From: Lama guanicoe
Taxonomy: Eukaryota
Direction: 5' to 3'
Assembly: GCA_013239625.1 (NCBI GenBank)
Contig: MU054204.1
Span: forward strand, 148,879 to 212,878
DNA: 64,000 bases
The notes below the pieces were generated by a model that made no database searches, was not told where the DNA came from, and saw nothing but the letters and a program-made list of their open reading frames with translations. This document shows, piece after piece, positions 53,340 through 64,000 of the stretch (positions within the stretch are counted from its first letter, which is position 1; every line of letters starts with the position of its first letter). The position numbers and the translations under genes were made by a program.

Positions 53340-53858
53340 TTCTTTTTTTCTTTGCTACAATTTGTCTTTTTTTAAAAATTGAAGTATAGTCAGTTTACAA
53401 TGTTGTGTCAGTTTCTAGTGTACAGCATAAAGTTTCAGTCATACATATACATAGATATATTCATTTTCATATTTTTTCATTATAGGTTATGACAAGACAT
53501 TGAATCTAGTTCTCTGTGCTATATGGAAGAAACTTGTTCTGCATCTATTTTATATATAATAGTATCTGCAAATCTTGATCTCCCAGTTTATCCCTTCCCA
53601 CCCTGTTTACACCCTGGTAACCATAAGTTTGTTTTCTATGTCTGTGAGTCTGTTTCTGTTTTGTAAATAAGTTCACTTGTGTCTTTTTTTAGATTCCACA
53701 TGTAAGTGATATCATATGATATTTGTCTTTCTCTGTCTAACTTGCTTCACTTAGAATGACGATCACTTCACTTAGAATGATGATCTCCAGATCCATCCAT
53801 GTTGCTGCAAATGGCATTATTTTATTCTTTTCTATGGCTGAGTAGTATTCCATTGTAT
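53340..53858 (-). mobile_element. Intronic antisense L1 3' fragment
   Basis: MEYYSAIEKNKIMPFAATWMDLE; flanking CTGGTCTT. Confidence 0.85.
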
Positions 53859-56800
53859 CTGGTCTTAATCTTAACCAATCCATGAGCCTCCTATGCACTA
53901 GCCCTGAGCTTATTCTCCTATGGTTGGGAGTAGGAGGGAAGCTTATTCCCTTCTTCAGCAGTCCATTTCCTTTTTGAAAAGTTTGGACCATAAACAGCTT
54001 TTTCTCATGTTAAGCTGCAACGATTCTCTACCTACTATCCATGGGTCCTGGCTCTACCTTCTGGTACCACATGGAATGAGAATGCTTTCTCAATCTTAGG
54101 ACAACTTTTGGGAGGCCTGAAGATAGAGGATGTCTGTCTGTCTCACTTTTCTAGGCTAAAAAGCCCAATCCCTTTCAGCTGTTCCTTCCAGGATCTGAGA
54201 TCGCACCTCTCCTGCTTCTTCCTTCCACTCTGGATGCACTCCAGCTTGGCTATGTTCCTCTTGAGTTACAGAACCCGCAGCTGAATACAGTAACTGAGGA
54301 CAGTCTGATCAAAGTTAAGTAGGACCATTATCAGAAAAAAAATACAGCTGAAGACCACTTGGGCTCTTTCTGGCATCCATGCCATATGAAGACTCTGTGT
54401 CAAGCAACCTCTTTTCATGGAAGTATCTGTGCTGCTGCTAAGGCACACCTGCCCAAGGCCTTGACGTGGGCATCTAGGGCAACTACATAAGAGATTTGGG
54501 AGGGGCATGTCTCATCTCTTGCTATTTATTTAGCATGGCCCCTAGCCCTGCCCTTAGTCCAGGTCATCCTTGGAAAAAAGTGCTCTAAGGGAGATGATGG
54601 GGAAGACATAAGCCCTAACTTCCAGGAGCATGTATGTTTCTACAAAGAGTTACAGAGTTACAGAGCAGGAATTTGTATAACAGAAGAAGGAAGTGACATT
54701 TGGTGAATACTGTCAAAATCAGAACTCTGGAACATCAGACTGATTTGATTTTTAACCAACTGCTGGCTTGGGATTTGTAGGAACAACCTCTCTGAACTTA
54801 ATTTTCCCCTTCTGGAGCAAATCGGTGTCTCCAAGATTGGAGATGCTGACCATATGTGACACACAAGCAGTCTCCTACTTACAGAGACCCCCTGGAGGAA
54901 TTTAGATACAGCAGTCCGTGTCTCCAGCCCCGTCAGATGTTTATTTCCCTGCACATTGCCACTGGCACTGACTGCAAATCTCCTGTTGTTGCTGTCATTG
55001 CTGTGCCCTGAGGTCTTCCGTCTGTCACTGGAATACCCACGAGAGTCACTCCTACTAGAGATCTTGTACCTACAGCCTTGTCCCCTGCAGGCCCTCATAT
55101 TTCCCAGCTTGTCACCTGAATTGGACAGATGCCACTTCTTGCTACTAAAGCCCTGAGTGGGGAAGTGTATTAAAGTGAAGTTTAATCCTCATTATTACTA
55201 AAGGACGAGAGCCCTGGAGGAGAGAGAGTTCAAGTCTAGGAAACATGTCTTCCAGCACAGTTATTGATAGTGGCCAGATTCAGAACAGTTCTGGAGAGGC
55301 CTATTTCATACATAGGGTATTACTGATGAAATGACAACCCAACCACCATTTATAATATTATGTCTACAGGGAACTGTGTTCAGAGCCCCAAGCTGCTTAT
55401 TTACTAAAGGTAATCTTAGAAAACAATCTATCCACAAGTCAAGGACAACATGTGCTCTAGAGATCTCTGTTACACAGATATAGATGAGTTTGGGGTTTCT
55501 ACTACTAGTGCGGCCCAAGCCGCTCATATCCATGTTGCTGGGACCAGATTTGTGTATACATACAGTGTATGCGTCATTAAATTTCTCTCCGAAACTGAAC
55601 TCCGGGTTTATCTGGGTTATCTTGTAATCAGCAAGTGACCCTTTTATCTTGCTTATGTTGGTATCTAGATCACTTTCACTCAGTTTCTATCGAGCCAATA
55701 TTTTGTTTCCTGGTGCTCTCCTGACATACCTGCTTCAGACAGACTTTGAGTAAGTCAGTAACGAATAAGTTGAGATATTATTTTTTCCTGTTAAAGAGTG
55801 TGTTCCAAGGACTGGGGTAGAGGTTTGTCTCCTTCTACCCCTTTGCCCCACCCAGTGTGGATGGGCCAGGTGGAAAGATTGTCTTAGGCACTAGTTTTGC
55901 AACGGATGATTCGTTCTTCCTCACGTCACACTGACATGTTGACTTGGGCATGAAGCCACCCCAGCTGGGCCCTGAAATCATGATGATCAAGAGGATTTGG
56001 TTTCTCAAAGTGACTAACCCCTCCCCTTCGACTTCACCTCCACTTCCTCCTCTTTCAGCGTGAGTCTGTGACTACACCATGTCACGCAGTGAGCCCCTGC
56101 CTGGTAGCCACAGACACACATTTTCCAGGCATCTAAGCTGCCCTTCTTTCATGTCCAGTCTTTGGTTCCCAGCCCCCTCCCATCAGCACCAAGTTGCTCG
56201 AGGCTGACATTTTGGACTGTCTCATTCAAGTGCCATTACTTCTTTGTTCATTCATTGGCTTCCCTGCCCTCCATCCAAAACCCAACTTTTTTTTTCTTCT
56301 TTGGTCACAATGGGCCCTCCTAGTCTGCTGTACCAGCTGTGTCTCTCTTGGTTCAGCTCTGCTTCTGGTCAGAGGGTGAGAAAAGTTCACAGAGTTAAGG
56401 TTGATAAAGTTTGAAGGCCCTCTGCAAATTGATAGCTGGAGCAGGGGGAAGTTTGCTCACACTGTGTCTCTTTCAGTCCTGTTTCAACAGTGGGCTGGAC
56501 CCTTGTCGATTTGCTGATATTCTCTCATCACCTTGCTGAGTAATCTTGGTGTATTAATTCATCCCTCTGTACCCTCCTGTTTCTTCACAGACTCTCCACG
56601 GGGCAAGCTTCTGCTCTATTGAAGGGTTGCGTGGGGCTCTAGGATCCTTGCTCCGTGTAGGCTGGGGATGTGTGAAGGCTGATTGACAGCAGGCAGTTCT
56701 TACAGTGCCTGGCATTTCCCTACTTCGCTACTACTTCCGATCTTTCCAGAAGTGGCCATTTCCTGGTATGTTCTCAGGGCCAGCAGGCGGCATGGTCTGT

Positions 56801-57639
56801 TAACTTTCACTCAAGTCTTTTAATGTTACATCTGTGAGGAATGCAGGAGGCGGGACTAATTTGACAGGATCAAGGGTTAAGCCCCATGATGGACAGACCC
56901 TTTGTGGGGTCTTCAGGCCCCCACCAGAATGCCACTCAGCAGATTCCCAGCTGTATGGTTCCTCTCTTCCTAAGCCTCTAGCAGGGAAGTCTTGAATGGT
57001 TCTCCTATACTGCCTTTCACGGTCCATCAGAAATTGATTTTTCTTTGTGGGGAGGGTGTCAGGGGTGAGATGAGGTAGAGATGAGAGTAAAGCTGGTTCA
57101 ACTAGTTATGCAGGAAAGGGGTTAGAGTCTCATGGCTGCAGCACCATCTTTGCTTATGAGAAGATGACAAGCTAAAGCCTTGTCTTTGTTGGGCCGCCTT
57201 ACCGTTTTCCATTTCTTTTGGTCTGTGTTTGATGGAAGTAAAAAGCTCTGCTGAAAAAGTCTATAGGTAGGCTGTTTTCATTGGCATCTTATCTGACTGA
57301 GAAGGTGAGTGATGATATCTTGGAGCCTCAGGGGTGAGTCAGCATCAGGTCTTATGTTCTCTCATCAAATCTCATGTTCTTTGGAGGACTTGACTGAGAG
57401 TTTGGAGCTCTGTGCTAATTTCAAGGTGCAACCAGGAAGTCTTAAGGCAACAGGCAGCAAAGTGGACCAGACAAGGACCTGGATACTCCACTTGTGTGGC
57501 TGTGTCTCACTGGACGAAGGCAGTGGCATTTGATTTGATCTCAGCAAGCTCTTGAACCCAAAGGGAGATCCAGGCCTTGCTATGGTGGGATAGGAGAGGT
57601 AGTGGACCTGCTCTGTGGCAAATTCTGCCGCTTATAGGG

Positions 57640-57830
57640 GTTTTACATAGATTCTATTTAATTTATACAGTAGCTTTTTGCAGTAGATATTGATCTCCTC
57701 ATCATGCAGATGAGGGGACTGAGGCTCAGGAGAAGTTAAGTAACAGACTCCACATCCCACCGTCAGTGGAAGAGCTGGCATTCAGATTTACTCTGTCTGA
57801 CTTCAAATCCCAGGCTGTTTCTACACTCTC
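57640..57830 (-). mobile_element. MIR relic
   Basis: CAGATGAGGGGACTGAGGCTCAG. Confidence 0.55.
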
Positions 57831-58522
57831 ATGTTTACATAAGTGAAAGAGAGAAAGAGAACTTGATATGAATATGGTGGGGCGTGGGAAATGAGCTAGA
57901 GAAAGGAGAGAAATGAAAGGGGCTGGGGAAGAGAGAGAGATTAGAGAAATGTAATTTAGTGCAAAAACTGGTTATGTTACCAATACATGCCCCTCAGTGG
58001 TCAGCATCAAAGGAAAGGTTCGGTTTGGTTTTATTTTGTTCTAAATCTCAAATCGGGGTAAGAAGCATGAGCTTGGATTCAGAAGACCTGAGGTTCAGTC
58101 TTCACTTTGCCACTCAATATTTGTAGATCACTGGGTGCACCCTCTCTGGGTCTCAGTTTCCTCATTTGCAAAATGAAAATAAGAAAAGTTGCACTTTTTT
58201 TCCAGTAGGGAGGGAGATTGATTTTATCCTTTATCTCATATAAATACTAGATGTGTATGTTGTTTAAGAAAGAAAAAGCATCCTATAGGTGTCCCTTGTG
58301 AAATTCTCTTAAGGGAATTCTAAACTCAAAAAAGGAAGTGTATGAGGTTACTGAATGATAGGAACTTGTATGAAATGGCAGGACATCTTTAATGTGCCAT
58401 TTTCTGTTGACGGAAGTTAGAAAACCAAACATGATTTCTGGCTAACGTTTGAAGAGACAGCAATTTGAAAGGTGATGCTAAACCTCATTTGGCTCCTACC
58501 TAAGAGTTCTCAGTTAAGCCTC

Positions 58523-58559
58523 CAGTCAGTCGATCAGTCAGTCAGTCAGTCAGTCAGTC
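58523..58559. repeat. (CAGT)n microsatellite
   Basis: Seen directly. Confidence 0.9.
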
Positions 58560-59149
58560 CACCGTCAACACACATATGCTGAGTGCTTTGTAAAGTGCCT
58601 AACCCTCACCTAGGGAACACAAGAGCTGGTCACCATGGAAGACCTATTCCCTGGAAATGACAGTTTTGTTGAAATGAGGCACTACTGCATGCCCAGGTAA
58701 CAAAAACCTTAATTTAAGTCCTGAAACCATGGGATAGGATCTAAGAGCAACATTTATTCAATGAGAGGAGATTTCACTGTAGGCTGATGTGGTTGGGGAG
58801 CTTTGTCGAAAAAAGGAAGAATTGAAGTGAGGTCTTGAAGGGATAAACAGGATTTAGGCAGGTTGCAGAGAAAGACATTCATTCCAGTTGGTACACGAGC
58901 TGCATGTCCTAAGGACACAGACAGGTGACAGGCCAGTTTGTTCACCCCACAGTGAACTAACAGTAGGTGCTCCCCAAGGGCAGGGTATATGTGGTTTGTT
59001 CATTGACTCACTTATTAATTCATTCATTAAATTTATCGAGTGCCTCTTCTAGGGCTGAGCTATTCTATGGCCAGTGAAACCAGCACAGGGCCTCATAAAT
59101 GTCAGTTTTATTTGTTTTCTAAAAATATTGTCATTCATAGTGTGTACCT

Positions 59150-59270
59150 GGGGCACTGGTTTTCTGTTTTAACACAAACTAACTCATTTATTAACCCCAT
59201 TTTACAGATGAGGAAACAGAGGCATAGAGAGGTTAGGTAACTTGCCTAATGTCATACTGCTTGTGTGGCC
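59150..59270 (-). mobile_element. MIR relic
   Basis: CCCATTTTACAGATGAGGAAACAGAGGC..GTAACTTGCC. Confidence 0.65.
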
Positions 59271-61472
59271 GGATCAGTGAATCAGTAGAGGTCTGCTCAA
59301 TTTTTGCAGAGTAATGAGATATAAGGGCAAATGGATTTGAGTGAGTTATTCTGAAGAGCCCAGAAAATTGGATGGTAAGATATATTCAGGTTGGAAGTAC
59401 AGAGTCATTTTGTTGTTTTTGGAGGGTTAGAATTAATGTATTAAAAGTAAACCACCTAACACACTCCCAGCCACAGAAGTACTTCCATGAGGAAAGACCT
59501 GCATAAGACAATTGGAAGGGGCATTAGAAAGGAATCAGTCACCTTGGCAATGTGCTGACTGTTGTTATATATTAGCAAGTTGCCAGACACAGTGGTAATA
59601 ATACACCATTTGGGTCTGAAGAAATGAGGGAGAGGTAGGAGCCAGAGATGAAGCCAGTATTTCTAATCTAGAAGGCTCTATGTGGTGACAGGGATTGGGG
59701 TGGGGGACAACCAGGTTTAGATCAGTTTTGGATCTTCTGAGCCTGGGGTATCTGTAGGAAAATTAAGGTAAGAAGTTCCATAGGCAGTTAAAAAAAAAGG
59801 ATTTGTTTATTTAAGCCCACTGGTCAGTTAAAACAACAAGTCATTATTTTAGGAACATAATGGTTAACACAGACAATTTACTAATCTGCCGATTGTTGTG
59901 GAAATAACTTAATTGCCAGACAATCCCATGCCCCAACAGACATTGGAACAGGCTTGCATTGTTATTTCATGGGCTTTTCTGGTTACAGTTTTGTCTTGCT
60001 ATCTCATCCAATCTGCAAAATACCTAGTCACCTGAGGTATGACTGGCTGAAGTTCTTTCTGCGTAACTTAGAACTTTCAAGTGATGGGGAAATCCAAGAA
60101 TCAAACAAAAAAATAGAAGAAACTGTCAAAATGCCAGCATTCAGACATGAAGCTGGAAATAGCTGGAAATGTTAAAAAGTTTGAGGCTATTAAAAAACAT
60201 CAGTTGACTTGCCAAGATGTTTAAGGACTGTTTTCTCTATATGAAAAGTAAAATGTGGAGGCTTGGTGAGGCAAACTCCACTGGAGTTTCAAGTCTGGAT
60301 TGCATTTTTGTTGTTTGTAGTTTTATGCTCTCTGCACAGTAGAGTATTATTAATCTGTGAATATCATTGTTCATATTTCTGCAGTAGTATTGGTTCTTGG
60401 AATGTGACCTTCGAAGAAGTATCGTTAAACGTGCGAGTATGATTTAATTGCTTGCAGTGTGTCCTCTCTGTACTTTCATCCTGAGTTTTAGAATAAAATA
60501 AAAAGGAAATAGGGATTTACTTCACAAATTCATCGGCTGCAAATCTGCCTGGAAAACATCGCTTTATTACTAAGAGACTTCTGCAAATTTGGAGTGATTA
60601 TCAGACCCGAACCCTTGATCTGATGCCCTGCATGTTTACAGAAAATTCTCAGGAAAGGTTAACTTTGTGTAGAGACAGGCATTCTGGTCCCTCTCCCATC
60701 TCCATCCTTCTTAGATTTGCTTTCTAGATGTGTTACTTTTTGGTGCAGCACCAGATACTTTTCTGCATGGTGAAAAACTGAAATTCAGAATGCTGTAAAG
60801 ATGCTTGCGCTGTGGAACTTGGTCTCTTCACTCCCTACGTCCTTGTATAGGTAAAACTCACTTAATGCTAAAAACCTAATAGGCACAGGCGTTCCTGTAT
60901 CTAACTCTTCCCTCTGACCAGGTGAAATAGCTTGTAACTTACATTTGAAACTGATTTGAATATCTAGTCGCTGGCGGGTATTTTTGTGAAAAAGACTACC
61001 CAGGTACTCTGCCTTTTATAAGAGCCAGTTTGCCAGCTTCTCTCTGCTGGGTGAGCTCTAGTGGGAGGATGCTACTCTTCACCGCTGGGTGTAAAGGGTT
61101 AAATATGTAATTTTCATGTTTTCCCAGTGCCTTTGGCTGGAGCAATGCACAGTGTTCTGAGACTTGCCCAGGCCCTGCACATACTGTATCTGCTTAAGGA
61201 AGGTTTTGGCTCTTAGCCCTTCTCAGCTGCATTAGGGTTCGGGTTTCATCCTTCTCCCCTTCCAGCCACTAATAAAAGCCAAAAGAATTAAGGATCAGGG
61301 AGAGTTAATTCCCACTGCTAAGACCCAGGTGGGGCCCTTCCACCTCCCATGCCGGCTTCTAGGTTGGAGCCCTAATTTAGGGCTGAGCTCTAGTCTAAGC
61401 CTGAAAGTGACAGTGATCTGGAACAGGCCCCAGAAAAGCACTTGACAATCAGGTTTTGCCTTATGCTGGCAC

Positions 61473-61584
61473 CTCTCTCCCTCCCTCCTTCCCTCTCTCT
61501 CTCTCTGTCTCTCTCTGTCTGTCTGTCTCTCTCTCTCAATCTCTCTATCTCTCTTTCTCTCTCCCTTATCCCTCTTTCTCCTCC
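61473..61584. repeat. CT-rich low-complexity tract
   Basis: Seen directly. Confidence 0.9.
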
Positions 61585-62500
61585 AGGTCCTCTGTTGGCA
61601 TCTTAGAAAAGACCACTTAGAAAAGACCAGGGATCAAGCCAACTGATGCTATTACAGACGTGGAAATGATGTATCCTAGCACCTTTCTTCTCAACTAGGG
61701 GTTTTGTATCAAGCTTCTACTCTTTTTTTTAAAGTCCCTGACCCAACTTTAGTACAACATTCGGAGCCTCATTCAGAATCAGAAATGTCATTGATATCTC
61801 ACCCAACTTAAAAGGGATGAATAGTAATGAGCTCTGAAATAGTGATCTCAGACAGAGAGGACACCTTTGAAGGAGGATCTTGCAAGAGCTGGTACAGGCA
61901 GGAAGAAGCCTCCTTCTGGAACAACTGTGCAGTTGTGGCCTCCTCTATGGTCTCTTTCCCTTTGACTATCCCCCTTCCTACTTCAAATCATATAATGTTT
62001 CCCTGATACCTGAAAAATAGAGTCCAAACTGCTTTAAACTCGTGTAGGGACTATTCTCCATGGGGCTCTAGTCTTGCTGTCCAGCACTCCTTCCAGAATC
62101 CAGATTTTCAGACTGAGTGTTTCCCTTGCTACCCTCCTCCCTACCCATGTAAACACACTTGGGAAGTTCTGGCCTCCAAATGTCCCATCCTGATGTTCCT
62201 TGAGTAGCTCAGCTTCACACTGCCGACCTGGAAACCTTTCTCCTCTCTTCTCTGCCCCTCCCACTTGGGCCTACCTTTCAAGCCCTTCTGTCAGCCCCAA
62301 GGGCATCTTCTCAGTCTGCTCCTGGTGGAAGTCATCTCTCCCTTTTTGGAAGGCTGGACTTCTGTTTTTCCAGTAGAAATCTTTGGGTACTTTGGCTGCC
62401 CTGCATCTGGTTTGCTGGAAGAGTCAAGCCAAAATTTTGTACTCAGTCATTGTTCACGTGCCCTTTTCTTCTCCCAGTCCCAAATTAGATAGGAATATGA

Positions 62501-62638
62501 GGGGAGGGTAGAGCTCAGTGGTAGAGTGTGTCCTTAGCATGCACAAGGTCCTGGGTTCAATCCCCGGTACCCCCATTAAAATAAATAAATAAACCTAATT
62601 ACCCTCCGATTAAAAAAACAAAAACAAATTTTAAAAAA
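62501..62638 (+). mobile_element. tRNA-Ala-derived SINE
   Basis: A/B boxes and tail. Confidence 0.88.
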
Positions 62639-63135
62639 GGGACGTGACTCGAAGAGCTGGATATCCTAGCCAAGTTTTCCTATCTTCTCTGTGACACCTC
62701 GTAAGTGGAGTGAGACTTGAATGACATACACATGCAAGCTGGGGACAGAGGGGACACAGAGAAGGAAGTAGTGGTGCCAATAGAAATGGAGAGGGACCCC
62801 AGATGCAACCCTGGATGAGAGGGGAGAGGGCAGCAGTGGAGGAGAGGGGTATCTACCTGTGGGTCCAGGAGGTGCCCGGAGTTGGGTTTGCAGTGGTTGG
62901 GTTTCTTGCTGCCACAGCTTCTGTGTGTAAGATGTGTTCCGGAGGCTCGCATGTTGGGGAGGCCTGCTGGTTGACGATTACAGCATTCCCTTGCTGTTGG
63001 GCAGTATTGCTGCGAGACTCTTAAAACAGCAGCCACCCCCCTGTTGCTGTGTGTTCAGGGAGGGTACAGTGTGAGTCTTTGGCCTGACTCAAGTGTTTCA
63101 GTGCCTCAACTGAAGTGAGATAGCTTTATGTGAAC

Positions 63136-63139
<4 letters not shown>

Positions 63140-63172
<33 letters not shown>
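63140..63172. repeat. (TG)n microsatellite
   Basis: Seen directly. Confidence 0.97.
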
Positions 63173-63177
<5 letters not shown>

Positions 63178-64000
63178 CTTTTGCTGAAGCAAGCCCTAAC
63201 GTGTTCTGTCTGACTAGCCTTGGCCTTGACTCACCGTCTGGTATTTATACCCAGTGCCTTAAGTGTCCTCATTATTTGACCATGACATTCCTTTTCTCAC
63301 TTTCACTCAAAGCTGAGAATGCGGAAGAGGGCCCAAAGGAACTGTCTCCGTACTTCAGCTGCAAGGGGGTCTCATCTAATTGGTGGCTGTCTCTGTGGAA
63401 GTCCCTTAAGGTTATGTCAAGGCACTAAAGGAAACACATCGAAACTTACACTGGCAGGACTGTGACAGTTTAAGACCCACTGTGGGGGCTTTTCTTAGTT
63501 TGTTCCCGCCTAGTCTAGTGCTAGAGAGTTTGACTTACTGGAGCCAACTTTCAGAACAGGCCTGAGAAGGGACCCCAGGGACATGCTTATCTTGATCAGG
63601 ATCACATAGTAAGTTTGGAAGGAGGACACCAATTGGGTAAAATCTTAGAGGAGGTCATTCCGCCTTTGCAGGCATTGGTGGGAGAAACAGACTCTTAGCT
63701 TGCTCGTTCCTTCTTGCTGTTCCCATGAAGGTCCTGCCAAAGTGGACAGTTTTGTTTTGGAAGCGTGCTCCTAAAGTGTGGGAATGGTAACCCCATCAGG
63801 GGCACCGTGGTTATCAAAAGGACAGTGCCTCAGAGAGGAAGGACATGACTGCTAGCATGGTCATTTGGAGGCCAGGCAGCCAGTAAATCATTTGAGAATG
63901 AATTAAAAGTTCAAAGGGCAAGAGGGAATGCTTTGGGTGACCTCATAGGTGCTTGAAAAATCAAAGGGCTAGCTGATGTGCTTTTATTTTTTTGAGGTCT

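Larger units (their letters stand above)
48606..64000 (+). other. SHROOM4: SHROOM4 intron 1 (partial)
   Basis: Lies downstream of the exon-1 donor; no continuation of the PDZ coding sequence recognised in the window. Confidence 0.75.

Noticed and set aside
61500..61600. Pyrimidine tract ending CCAG as acceptor of SHROOM4 exon 2
   Set aside because: Downstream sequence does not continue the PDZ domain; the tract is a CT microsatellite
1..64000. CRISPR arrays, operons or other prokaryotic-type systems
   Set aside because: Mammalian sequence; no regularly spaced repeat-spacer array was seen

Overview
Mammalian genomic DNA, probably camelid (inferred from a tRNA-Ala-derived, vic-1-like SINE). 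The only supported gene is SHROOM4, X-linked in human. Its first coding exon ([39 protein letters not shown], start of the PDZ domain) lies in a CpG island on the + strand, followed by the start of intron 1 (to 64000). That exon is present twice, inside an apparently perfect 1340-bp-period tandem duplication (45927-47265 / 47267-48605), which is either an assembly artefact or a very recent duplication. The upstream ~45 kb is repeat-rich: nested and inverted LINE-1s, most of the 12 SINE copies, MIR/L2/CR1 relics, MLT LTRs, a 597-N gap, and a degraded but near-complete Charlie/Buster hAT transposase fossil (~12700-16520, - strand). Most ORF-track entries are L1 fragments or chance ORFs. No convincing novel biological system was found. 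All alignments and family names are by eye and from memory, not from searches.
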